From: Pseudogymnoascus verrucosus
Taxonomy: Eukaryota
DNA: 45,507 nucleotides
NCBI GenBank assembly: GCA_001662655.1
Contig: KV460284.1
Reading direction: 5' to 3' (one strand)
Each line of letters begins with the position of its first letter. Within the stretch, counting starts at the first letter, position 1. Positions 12,701-24,882 of this stretch are shown one piece after another. The notes beneath the pieces were generated by a model. That model had not been told where the DNA came from. It did no database searches and saw only the letters and a list, made by a program, of their open reading frames with translations. Both the position numbers and the translations under genes were made by a program.

Positions 12701-15402
12701 TTTGAGTATTCGATTGTTGAAGCGAGTGTCCTTAGGCGTCGAGAATGAATGACTCGGGATGGGAGACGAGGCAAGATGCGAGACGCAGGGCACCTTGGAG
12801 CGAAACCGTAGCAGTGGTCCGTAAAGATGAAGTGATCGTGACGGGTGGATAGGTAAAGTATTATAGAGAAACAGAGGCGGCGGGTGGGCCTGGGTGAGAT
12901 GAATGTTCCCGTGTGACAAGGGTGGACCAGGTCAACAAGCTGGCGCAGCAGTGTTTGGAGTATGAAGTAGCGGCCAGATATAGCAGCAACGAGGGGCACA
13001 AGGAGCAGTAACGCGGGCAAGTCAGGGCGAGTGAGCAGTGAGTGATAGAGGGATTGTAGGTTGCAGGACAGGTCGTAGTTGGACGCAGGTGGCAGCTTTG
13101 TTCGTTCAGTTGGTCCCCCTGGTCAAGCGCTGGCAGGTGATAAGGGCGGCAATGGAGAAGGGTGTGTGAGACAAGAGCCAATTAGAGGCGATGGTTGACA
13201 AGAAACGGGATGAATGATTGTGCTTTGCCTCTGCTGGGAACTAAGCGACACGCCAATCAGTAGGTCGCGAATCGCGCCAGGGTGGGATTGCGGGTTCTGT
13301 TTGTGGGTAGTGGGTCGCCCAGTCCTGTGGGTGCAATAGAGCGCCCGTTGGTTCTTGGCCGCGTTTTAGGTCGAGGGCGAAGGATCGATGATTGAGCTCG
13401 ATATAGATCTTGGATCAGTTGTTGATTCGTACTGTTGACGCGTTTGAAGAGAGCGCGCAAGAGAGATCGTTGGATATGGCGATGAAGACGAAGACGGTAA
13501 AGAATAATGTGAATGCGACGATAATCGGGGAAACCGTGGATGAGGAGAAGAGATCGTCAAAGTGTGAATGTGAACTGTATGTACAGTTGCAGTAGGGGCA
13601 CAGTGCTCAGATGCTGTGGTGCTATTGTGAAGGTCACTGCCAGCGAATGCGTCGAGCTTGAGCGGCGCCTGCAGATACCCGCTCTTGATTGGCCTGTGAC
13701 TTCCGTGTTTTGCTTGTGATTGGACAGGACGAGAATGCGTATGTGCGTCAGTACTATACTTGGCGCTCAGTCCTCGGCGGCTAACTCTTCAACTCTTTGG
13801 TCTTTGGGCCAATGAGACAAAAGGTGATCTGGACGGAGTCTCAGCACTACTTGGGCCAATAGTCCAGCTATGTATCGAAGTACGGGCTTGGTCGTGCTGC
13901 GCAATATTTGGTGGCTGGAAGGGAGCGTCACTTGTTGGCTGCGCTGCAGTTGGAATTGGGAAGTTGGACAGGTTGACCAGCGGTACTATCCAGAGTAACT
14001 CGAGGGCGTCGTGGCTTCAATGTGGTAGAGGCGTGGTAGACGGAAAAGGGCAATGGGCCCGAGGTGAAAGCGAGACAAAAAAAAATCCCAAGATCCAGAG
14101 CGGTGTTGGAACCAGGCCGACGGGTCAGACGACTTTCGTTGGGAGGACGGGGAAGACGGGTGGCTTGAGTGAGGCGAGACAACCAACAGATCCAGCAAGT
14201 AAACGCTGATCCCGGGTGTACAAGTTATGTCAGAACAGAATGTCAATGAGGTTCTTGCTTAAATGTCACGATAGTGGGCATTTCCCTTGCTTATGTAGTG
14301 TCAAAGTGCCAAACTGAGAGTCTCCTATTTAGAGAAGGACGGCCGTCAAAGTAGGCCATGCAGATAAACTGACACAAAGAGCGCGCGCCAGCAGAGTTAT
14401 ATTTTGGTCTGTGACGGGCGCGAATCAACGAGATCCAGTGTCGACGACCTCTTCGCCGTTAATAATACATTGGCGCCAGAAGATGAAGCAGAGCTTCGCA
14501 GAGCGCGCGGTATCTGGTGTTCTGTGGCCCGTGGACCAACACCAATTGCTGCCAACATCTGTTCAACTCAGAAGTGTGTGTTGGAGAAGATACAAGACTG
14601 TTGTCTGACTGGCTCACAAACCTTCTGGAGTCTTTCCAATAGAAACGCCAACTAGGCCGGCCACTTCGATGGCCATTGCTCAGCGCGCGGCTGCACGCCA
14701 TCATCTAGACGCCGAACTTGTGGCTGACAACCACCACCATCAGAAGGATTCTTGGCGAATAGCAGATAACCACGACGCAAGCGCGTAATATCTCGAGGTC
14801 TCTCTATTATCTTCCCCTCATTGCCTATAGCCAATCATGCCAAATCATCCAACACACACGTTGGACAGCCGCCCATCGTCCACACCCATTCCATCGGGCT
14901 GCAGATTGATTACCAATGAACCCTTTGTTGACAGCTGCGAGTCAGTGTCGCATTGTTGGGAATCATGTCGAACAGCCTACTGCATCCTCCAGGGAGCATC
15001 ATGGGCATGGTACGAAATTCGAAAAGGCCGACATGCATCATGCAAGTTATAATCCATGTCGTGTGAGTCCGCACGTGTCTTCCATGTTTACCTCCATTCC
15101 TTCAAAATATGTACGTTGGTCATGGGGCTTGTCACCCTCCCCCCAAAATCCAAATGACTATAAGCAGAAGAGAAAGCAAACGGACCGAGGCCATTGATGA
15201 GCTCACCATGACTCCCTGGACAAACCCATGCATGAACTCACCACCCCTCACTGGCTTGAAAAATAGCGACTGCCTGCAAAGGAGTTATGGGTGTGCTCGT
15301 CATCTCAATCTAACCTGAAGGATAAGCAGCTTGTCAATATCCATGAAATCTGAGTTGTGTAGCCGAGGGACGCCGCAAAATCGATTTTCAGCGGCCACCC
15401 CC

Positions 15403-15790
15403 CAGAGAAACAAGATCTGTAGCAGTCAGAACGAATGGGAGTAGAATCAATACTGTACGAAACGAGCCACCCCCCAAACCTTCAGAGAACAGGATCCGTG
15501 ACAGTTTGAATGACATTGAATAAAACCAATGCTGTAAGAATCAGTCCGCTTCTCCGAGCCCAAAGCTCCAGAAAATAGAGTCCGTAGCAATCTGAACGAA
15601 CGCTGTAGGAATAAACCAATCCTATATGGAGTGAGCCGCTCCCCCGAAACCAAAGCTTTGGGGAGCAGCATCCATCGTAGTCAGAACGAATACCGCAGGA
15701 GTGAAATCAATATTGCAAGAAAAGAGCCTGACTGCGGGAGACTTCAGGGAACAGGATGGATGGCTGAACGAATAGGAAATGAACCGGAGG
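15403..15790. repeat. Highly degenerate tandem repeat, about 5 units of 80-90 bp
   Basis: Recurrent blocks CAG(A/G)GAACAGGATC..GT..CAGTC(A/T)GAACGAA..AA(T/C)CAAT..TG..GA..GAGCC starting near 15403, 15483, 15569, 15660 and 15745. Confidence 0.55.
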
Positions 15791-17377
15791 TTCAGTAGCA
15801 ACCTCAACGAGTAGAGGGAAGAATCGGAGATCGCAGACCACCATCAACTACGAGATGCAGGCGCCACGTACGCATACTCCCGAGGTGTGTGCTACCCAGA
15901 CAGGCTTCGGCCAAGACAATTATCTTTCTGGAACACGCCCCAGATTACCATCTAGCAGAACACTACCGAGTATTCCCAGCAGCCACTGCAAGCCGACTTG
16001 GCGATTCAATATATCGGCTGCCATGCTTGCACTGTACATGCAACAGATCGACGGCGCATAGCTCTCAGCTCTAGCTCGCTCTTCCCTCAGCCCTTTTGCC
16101 ACCCCATCCCACGTGCATGTGGCGTGACGGGTGGATCGTTCTTTCCCTCCACGCGGTAATCCTCGTCTGGGATTGCACTTGCAGCTTTCTGCCTGAAAGG
16201 AAAGAGCGATGGAAGTGGACCTTGAGGCGAGAATCATGTTGGGGGAAGAGTCCGCTTCAGTATTAGGTCGCTGGGATGAGTCGTTAGCTGGATAATGGAA
16301 CGGGTTCGAGAAGGCCGGCTAAGTTGCTGGTGGGGGGAATACTTCATTTTGGGGATTCTTGGAGACTATAGACCCATTCAGTGGAGACCCCACATCCAGA
16401 CCCTCGGTTTATCGGATCAATGCACATGCTCCAGTACGCAAAGTGCGAGAACGCCATACGCATTGTCATTGTTGGAGGTGGTATTCAGTTCTGAGGTTGT
16501 TAGATACTATGATTCCTGCGAACTATTGTGCAAAAATACAGCTGATCAAAGCTGATCGATGGCAAAAGCGGTACAGTTCTATGGTTTTTGCGGCGCTTTG
16601 CTCGGCGATGGTAACCGAGCGCCGGGACTGGATATCGCCACGGCAGTTAACAAGCATACGCCACGCGTTTACCATTGGCTCTCTCTCTCCTTCATACTCG
16701 ACAACAATACGCGGGCGACGCCCACGCTTTCCACATCGAACACCAAATCTACTTAGCACCTCCACAGGACGGTTCTTGCCTGATTAGGGCTTCGTTTGTT
16801 CGTGCTGTTCGATATTACCCAGATGAAAAACTCTCTTCCCGTCCTCGGTGTCCCCAGCTTTCACCCAAAATTAAACCTCTTCTCCCGACTATGCCTTTGA
16901 TCCACCCTCGCCGAAGACGGATAGAGGAGATCAATCTCAGGCCTCGGCAGGAAAAGAAGAAGAATCCACTATTTGACCATCCACTGTGCTGAAGCTCCTT
17001 TTACCGGCATGGGTTTTGCGCTGGTGACTTCTGACAGTGCCAAGTGTGTCTTGTCTCCTCCACGGTTAGACCTCCCCTCTCAAGGTTCATGTGCCACTAT
17101 CCCAGATGTGGTGGTGGATCACGCATGTTCCGGGGTAATCGACTTTATCCAGAGTGCGGAGTACGACGGCGGTATTTAGCCTAATGCCATGGAAAACAGA
17201 CCATCCAATCGCTTTTCTCTACAGAACCAATGGAACCCTTACCGGCTCAGGGGAACGCATAACTGCCCTGCCGTGATGGTGGGATAAATGCGCCCTGGCC
17301 GCTGTTGGCTTTCGGCGGCCCCAGTGTAATTGACAGTGTCAACCCCCAACTCCATGTGTGATGGGATCCACCGCAGA

Positions 17378-17602
17378 CTCCACCGACGCACTCCACCCGG
17401 CACCAGAACACGCTCGTGATTTTACTATGCCCCAGTGGGAAGAAAATCGCCCTCAGTGGTCTCTCTTTCTATGCGGGGATGAATTGGAGGGGCGTTAGGG
17501 TGTACTCTAGATGCGATTGTTTTCGGGGTACCAGGGTTGTATTGGGAGGGGCAAGGGGGGGGAGATGCACGTTCTCGGAGACAACCCCAAAATGCATATA
17601 TA
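17378..17602 (+). promoter_or_regulatory. Putative promoter of the sugar transporter with CreA/Cre1-type SYGGRG sites and a TATA box
   Basis: CTCCAC at 17378 and 17391, CCCCAG at 17430, GCGGGG at 17473; TATATA near 17597, about 90 bp before the ATG. Confidence 0.35.
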
Positions 17603-17685
17603 GTCATTGACGCCCCTTCTCCTGCACAGAAAGGTATCCCCAAGATCGGCTATCAAACAGCGTCGCGAGCAACTCAGTCGCCGCC

Positions 17686-19507
17686 ATGCCGTTCTACACT
17701 CCAAGCAAGCCAACCTTCGAGGTCGCTGGACGCGACTTCCCGCGCATTACCTGGTGGAATGAACCTGGCATGAGGTCGCTGTACATCTGCCTTGGTTTCG
17801 TCGTCTTGACGTCTGCTACGAACGGTTACGATGGATCTCTCATGAACGGTCTCCAGGCTATGGAGTCATGGAGGAGTGGTGAGTACCCCGCGCGCTGGCT
17901 TTGGCCTTAACCCCGAATACGTCCTAACATACCTCACAGAATTCAAGTCCCCGGACCCGGCCTCCCGTGGTCTCCTCAACGCCATCATGTCAGTCGGTTC
18001 TATCTGCGCGCTCCCAGTCGTCCCATATACCGCCGATATCCTCGGCAGACGTTGGGGTATCATTATTGGCTGCACTATTATGATTCTCGGTGTTGTTCTC
18101 CAATCGATTGGTATCAACTTGCAACTCCTTACTGCGTCACGTTTTTTCGTCGGTTTCGGTGTCGCCATCGCTCACGGAGCTTCCCCTCTTCTTGTTGCAG
18201 AGCTTGTCCACCCCCAGCATCGCGCGATTTACACCACAATTTACAACTGTACCTGGTATTTCGGTAGCATTGTTGCATCATGGACAGCATTCGGTACAAA
18301 CAAGCTGGGAGATACAAATAATTGGGCATGGAGAATCCCCACCATCCTCCAGGCCCTGCCGTCCTGCCTCCAAATGATCTTTATCTGGTACGTTAACCGT
18401 AACTTCTGTGGGACACATTTTCCTCTGCACTATACATGCTGACAATATAAACAGGTTCGTACCGGAATCGCCGCGTTTCCTTATCGCTAAGGGAAAGCAT
18501 GAGCAAGCCCTCAAAGTTCTTGCTGACGTACACGCTCGCGGCAACCAAGACGATGAGTTGGTGCAGCTCGAGTTCACCGAGATCACCGAGACCATCAAGC
18601 TGGAGCAAGAGTTCGAGGGTAACGGATGGAAACAGCTGATCAGCACCAAGGGCAACCGCCATCGTCTTATCATCCTCATCTCTCTCGGCTTCTTCTCCCA
18701 GTGGTCTGGAAACGGACTCGTGTCCTACTACATGACCGACGTTTTGAAACTGATAGGAATTGAAGACTCCGACAAGCAGCTTGAGATCAACGGTATCCTG
18801 AATATTGTCAACTTCTGCGTCGCCTTGTTCATGTGCTTCTGGATTGACAAGCTCGGCCGTCGCCTACTCTTCCTTACTGCAACTGGAGGCATGCTCGGAG
18901 CCTTCATTATCTGGACCGCAACTGCATCAATTGTCGCCAGGACTGACGAGGAGAACCCAAATACCATGGCTGCAAATGCTGAGATCGCCTTCATCTTCAT
19001 CTTCTACTGTTTCTACAACATGGCCTGGTCTGGTCTGCTTGTCGGCTACGCCGTCGAGATTTTGCCATACAGTATCCGTGCCAAGGTACGACACCCTATC
19101 AATATCCGAAGCTAGAAACGCGGAAACTAACTTCATTTTAGGGTATGACCGTAATGTGGCTCGCGATCGATCTCTCGCTGTTCTTCAACAGCTACGTCAA
19201 CCCCGTCGCCCTCGGCAAGCTGGCATGGAAGTACTACATCGTGTACGACGTCTGGCTGGCCGTTGAGCTTTTGGTCGTCTACCTCTTCTACGTCGAGACT
19301 AGCAACACCGCACTCGAGGAAATCGTCAAGCACTTCGACGGCGACTCCGCTTTGTTGGGCGGCGCCGTCGCCACCGAGAAGGGCAGGCAGCTGGTTGAGC
19401 AGATCGAAAACTACAGCGCCGCTGGTGGCGAGGAGGGTATCCACGGCATGAACCACATTGACGCGAAGGCGCCAGAGGTCGTAACGGACGAGAAGGCGCT
19501 GAACTAG
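17686..19507 (+). CDS. MFS sugar porter, lactose permease/cellodextrin transporter-like; exons 17686-17878, 17940-18387, 18455-19085, 19142-19507
   Basis: Motifs TSATNGYDGSLMNGLQ, DILGRR, PESPRFL, FSQWSGNGLVSYY, DKLGRR, VEILPYSIRAKG, YVET. Three GT-AG introns restore a continuous frame. Confidence 0.92.
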
Positions 19508-20450
19508 AGCTTGCCATTGTAGGTGTGCGCTGGTACGCGGCGCCTCTGGTTTGAGACACTGGATTAATGGAGCGGTTCTTGGATTACACTCTTTTGTATG
19601 ATGATGATTAGATAATTATAATTATGAAACTCAGTAGCGGCGAATAAATTTATTTGATCCCTCTGAATTATGGTTTTTGTTTCTACTGTTGAATGGCTGG
19701 GACGTGACTATGTTTTTGAGTGACTTGGCTATTTTTCTAAATAAATAACACTAATCAAGTAAAGGAGAAGAAGGAGAATTCGTTCGCCCTCTAGATTATA
19801 TATCAGTGCACAGTGATTTAAGTATAATCCTCAAACAATAGTAGCAATAAAAACACCCCGACGCAAAAAAGTGATTATCCCACATCACGGCAGAGCCACA
19901 ACCACTAACCAAACGTCACTCTCCCAAAAACCCACCCAAACCCCCCAAACAACCTCCAAACAGAATAATTCCCCTCCCCTCCCCAATCCCCTCATCCCAT
20001 CCCATACACCACACACTGACCCCCCCCCCTTTCCCCTCAATTTTTTTTTTCGTGCCGCCTCCCCCCCCTACGTCGACCGCCGCATCGACACACACGTCCC
20101 GCCCGCCTGCCTAATCAGTCCCCCAAGCGAGCCCACCCCCGCCGCCAAGCTACGTAGCTCCTCCCATCCAATCCAATCGCTCGCGACATTTCCACTCGCG
20201 GCCGCGCGCGCAACGAACATCAGGTCAGTCCAGTTTACGTCCACCTCTGCGTTCTGGTAATCTCGACACATACGCATACTTCACATCGCAAGAATTTCTG
20301 TCGCGCGCAGCAGCAGCAGCATACGAATCGCGAAGGAAACGGGAGACGCATTGAGGTTTACGAGCGCGAAAAGGAACAATACGGTTGTTGCGGGATTATT
20401 GGGGATTGAATAAGAAGAAGGAGTAAGAGATAGCAAGAACAACTGCCACG

Positions 20451-21195
20451 ATGAGTTTCCTCGGCCTCAAAACTTTCGATGACCCCAATCGCGCGCCTAG
20501 CTCGGGGTCATTCGCTACATACATGATCGTTGCGCGTACGTCCCGTCCTCCCTCCATCCCCTTTCCCCTCATCCCTTCCTTCCCCAAACCCCTCAAACCA
20601 GACCAACCAGACCAACCAGCTAACCTCTTCCCCTCCCCCAACAGCAACATCCTTCTTCCTCGGCATGCTCTTCTCCTCCTTCCCCTACGACTACCCTCTC
20701 CTCTGGACCTCCAGCCCCCTCCCCCCCACCTTCCTCTCGGACCTGGAAACGCACCTCCAATTCCTTCACGCCTCCCCCCCTCTGATCCCACGAATCCTGC
20801 ACTTCCTCATCGTTGTCGGCTTCGCCGGTTTCCTCTTGAAACTCTTCAAACCCTCCGAAGCGAATTTACTCTTCGATGGCGCTAGCTTGGTCCTCTACGT
20901 CGTGGGCGTGATCGTTTACATCACAAACATTATCAAGGGATTGAGAGTGGTGACGAAGGGGGAGTGGGACGCTGTTGTACAGGTTGCGGATGGGGAGGAG
21001 GTGGTTGGGAGGGAGGATAGTCTTAAGGTGCTTGCGGCGAGTAATACGATTCTTGCCTTAGTGCTGGTGGGTGTGCTGGTGCTGCAGGCGGGACAGTGGT
21101 ATGCGGAGCGCAGGGAGAGGGAGGAGAGGGCGCAGTTTGAGGCGATGGAGAAGAAGGAGGGGAAGGGGAAGGGGGGTTCCAAGAAGAAGCAGTAG
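20451..21195 (+). CDS. SHR3: ER membrane chaperone for amino acid permeases (Shr3 family); exons 20451-20535 and 20645-21195
   Basis: Intron GTACGT..GCTAAC..ACAG joins SFATYMIVA-PTSFFLGMLFSSFPYDYPLLW. Also KLFKPSEANLLFDGASLVLY, VLAASNTILALVLVGVLVLQAGQWYAE and a charged C-terminal tail. Confidence 0.9.
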
Positions 21196-21866
21196 GGGGC
21201 TGGGCTGGGTGATTGGAGGGTAGTAGTGAGGAAAGGGGGGTAGGAGGAGTTGTGTTTGTGTATGTATGTGTAAGGAGATGGGGGAGGAGGAGGGGGGGTG
21301 CGGTGGTGCATGGTGGCGCGGGCGGCGTGGTTTTGATATATTTTTTGTTTTATTGATATAATTACCGCTTCTCTCGGTTCTGCTTCATGTGAACATTGGT
21401 TTCGTCGCTGTGAAGCTGTAAACCTGCTTGAGTGGGGCGTCTCTTCCCCTTTTTCCGCGCCGCGTATTATCTATGTACGCCTATGCTAAAGCAATATTTT
21501 AAATTCCCAAAACGCCTTCCATATGCTGCCATTTTTCCCTGCCCGCTTTTAATGCTCAAATTTTGTAGGTGTTCGTTTCTGTAAATGTCGTGTATCGTCA
21601 TCCGGCCTGGTACCCCATTCTGGGCGTACTGTCCGCTCATGTATATTTTCGCCATGTCTGCCGTCTAACATGCCATGTAAATCTGCCGTCGTATCTGGTC
21701 TGCCGTATATCGATGCCGTATAAACCGCCGTTTTGTCTAGTCGTCCGTCTAGCCATGTCGTATATAATCTCTTCAGGTCTATCCCACCACCCGTCTAGTC
21801 CGTCTACCACACACAGCCTTCCATCCGTGCTCGTCTAAAGCCAGTCATTCATCAATCATCCCTCCA

Positions 21867-21900
21867 TCACGGCACAACCTTCACCCCCATCCCCCCCTTC

Positions 21901-21938
<38 letters not shown>

Positions 21939-22931
21939 CCTCCCCTCAATCCTCTCCAAAACCTCCCTCTCCCCCTCACTCAACACAAACCCCCTCGGCA
22001 ACACCACCACCCTCTCCCCCCTCCCCTCCTCCATCTCCTTCTCCACCACCCCCTCCTCCACCTCCCCCAACTCCATCTCCGTCCACCAAAACACCGGATA
22101 CCTCCTCCCCTTGTGCAGATTCCCCCACACCAGCGCCACCACCATCATCGCCGCACACCCCACCTCAATCAGTGCCACCAACCCCCAGCCCAGCTCTATA
22201 ATCTCGTCTGACGTAACAGCCAACAACGCCGTTGCGCCGGCGGGGGGGTGGACGGTCTTCGTAAAAGACATCACCGCCGCCGCTATCGCGACAGCTAGGG
22301 CGCCTGCTAACCATCTCAGGCGTTCGAATTCCTCATGGCCGAGAGAGCGGAAGGCGAGCGTGATTAGAATCCCGACTGTGGCTGATATCGCCTGTCCCAA
22401 CAACAACGGCCGCGGTTGCGCGAGGGGCGAGGCGGGGGTGGAGTACAACAGTATCGCAGTAGCGCCCAGCGAAGCGATGATAAGGGGATTCGCATCCGTA
22501 GCCGCAGAGAGGGAGGGGAGGATGTGGAAGAGTAAAGTGGCGAGAGCGAGGCCGGTGAAGGTTCCTAGGAGGGCGAGGAGAGTGGTGAGGAGCGTGCGAG
22601 GGGGGTGGTGGAGGTGGGGGCGGTGGCCGAGGAGGTGGGCGAGGGGGCGGGGGAGGAGGTGGAGGCGGGGGGTAGGTAGATAGGGGTTGAGGTGGTGGTC
22701 TATGTCGAAGGGGGTGCGGCGGGGTTGGTGTGTAGGTGAGGGTGGGGGGATGGGTGAGAGTGAGGGTGAGGGGGATGGTGATGGTGAGGGCGAGATTGAC
22801 GGTGATGGCGAGGGTGATGGCGAGGGTGATGGTGAGGCTTGGAGAGTTGTTTTTGAAGACGTTGAGCTAGAGGCCGTTGAGCTGCCAGCTGACGTCGTGT
22901 ATGGTGCGGGCGACATGCTCGAGTGGAACAT
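21867..22931 (-). CDS. HPP-family integral membrane protein with low-complexity Ser/Pro N-terminus
   Basis: IIASLGATAILLY..PASPLAQPR, TKTVHPPAGATALLA and RRYPVFWW motifs; several hydrophobic segments. True start is uncertain. Confidence 0.85.
21902..21935. repeat. (CAG)n microsatellite, encoding poly-Ala on the minus strand in the HPP gene
   Basis: About 11 consecutive CAG units. Confidence 0.9.
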
Positions 22932-23726
22932 GGTGAGGGCTCTGATGACATCTGCGGTATCGTATATTTCTCGCTCGCGACGGGGGATGAGATCATATAA
23001 AAAGCAAAAGAAAGCAAACGGACTCGGAATGGAAGACTCAAGGAAGAAAAGAACGGACGGGTATGTCCGAATATGACGAATACCCAGGATGTCTCAAGAA
23101 CAGACAAAAATAACCAGTTACTTACCGAAAGTACCTACCAACCACAGCAGCTACAGCAAGCTCTGTGCTCCCTCAGCCGGACAAAAACCGTGGACATAAC
23201 ATCTCCGCGGCACAATAGGCCGACGGAGAGGGCAAACTACGCAAACTGCTCGCGTCAAACCACGTGGAGACGAGCGTTAGTAAGGGTTTGAGTCCGGAGT
23301 TGGAGTGGTTTTGTGTGGGGTAGCGTCGAAAAGAAAGAAGCGGGGAGGCGGTCTAGAGTGTGAGAGGGTTAGAGGGGGTTCTTGAGCCGCTCGGTGGTAA
23401 GGGGCGGGTGGCTGGCTTTGGTATGTAAGGTACGAGTGGCCGTTGTACCGAAGAGGGTTTGCCGTGCTCCGGCACTAAAGTGTTGGGATTTTGGTGGTGG
23501 ATGAGGGGATTGTTCCTGAAATGTTAGGCTGCAGTGTGACTCTTTGCAAAATTGTCGTCGGAGTTTGTCTTCTAACCGGCGGATCCGAGGGAGTGAAGGT
23601 GAAAAGGGATATCAACGATTGATATAGCTGAGAACTACCGTATTGTGGCGGCTGACTGATCCTGCAAGAGCCGGAATAGGCACAGCCGTTGAAGAGATAA
23701 GATTAGATAGATCGCCAATCTATTAA

Positions 23727-24161
23727 ATCACATGACCAAATTGTGAAAGGAGCTGGCGCCATATACCACTCGGTCATCTGTATTCGATTGGCTCATATCA
23801 AACTAATCACATGATCTAAAATTCAGTCATCACGTGCAAACAACCACGACCTGGCGCCATATACCACTCGGCCATTTGTATTCGATTGGCTCATATCAAA
23901 CCAATCACATGATTTAAAATTACACTATCACGTGCAAACAACCATCACCTGGCGCCATAGATTTCTGATCACATGACCATAACTATTTCAATCACGTGTA
24001 AAAACCCCAATCTACTTCCTAACAATCCAATCACGTGATCGCTGCCATATACATCACGTGCAAACATCCGCAACCTAGCACCATAAATATACGATCACAT
24101 GACCAATAATATTTACATCACGTGCAATAAACCCCTACCAACTCTATAATGTAATCACGTG
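23727..24161. repeat. Tandem array with 12 ATCAC(A/G)TG E-box motifs, ten of them in pairs exactly 23 bp apart
   Basis: Motif starts at 23727, 23806/23829, 23904/23927, 23968/23991, 24030/24053, 24094/24117 and 24154; pair periods 98, 64, 62, 64 bp. Confidence 0.9.
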
Positions 24162-24855
24162 CATCAACTTGTCATGCAAGCACCACCCCAACCAACGCCT
24201 TCAACCACTCAGCCATTTTACTTGATAGGCTCCGACCCCTCCAATCACCTGACTTCTCCTCCCCTCCCCATCCCCAACAACAACCCATCTCGGTCCCATC
24301 CGCACGTGAAACTCCCCCTCCTCGCTTAGATCTCTCTTCCCACCCCCCACCATCCCACCACCACCACCCATCCATCCATCCATCCATCCCCCCCATGTAC
24401 CCAGTACACACCCTCCCGTACCTCTCCACCATCCAGCCAACAGACAGACACACACCGCCCGCCAAGTCTTCCCGCTCTTCCTTCCGAGAGGGGGACATGG
24501 GTGTCGTGGGTGGGTGGGTGGGTGGTACTCTGGTGGTCGGTCGCGTCCTCAACAATTTTAAGGTTGGGGACGCTAGTGGGGGGCCCTGAGAGGCGAGTGA
24601 GTGGCATGCAGGGATGATGGGATGGGGGGGTTGTGATTGGGTGGGGGGTGGCGATGGTGGGTGATGGGCCGAGGTGAGTCGAGTTTCTACGATACGATCT
24701 GTTGCAGCTGCTACAGCTTACTACAGTATCTGCCGTAACCAGTCTGTCTTCTGGCGGTATGAAGGTGTTGAGATGGCAGTGCGTGTGGTATCACGTGGAA
24801 GAGTGTACGGAGTAGAGATTTGTACGAGGGAAGGTGGGACGGGTGGGATCAGATC

Positions 24856-24882
24856 GGTGGTGGTGGTGGTGGTGGTGGTGGT
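24856..24882. repeat. (GGT)n microsatellite
   Basis: About 9 consecutive GGT units. Confidence 0.85.

Noticed and set aside
12920..17400. Many 60-150 aa ORFs in the long intergenic region
   Set aside because: No coding bias, motifs or consistent exon structure.
21640..21840. Scattered (T/C)GCCGT/CCGTCTA short repeats between SHR3 and the HPP gene
   Set aside because: Irregular low-complexity sequence with no fixed unit; no function can be supported.
23727..24161. CRISPR-like or point-centromere reading of the repeat array
   Set aside because: Eukaryotic context, repeats too short, spacers related to each other, no cas genes. No long AT-rich CDEII or CDEIII element follows the CDEI-like motifs.
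24172..24230. Intact tRNA gene
   Set aside because: Only the 5'/D-arm part is tRNA-like; no anticodon arm or T-arm is visible.
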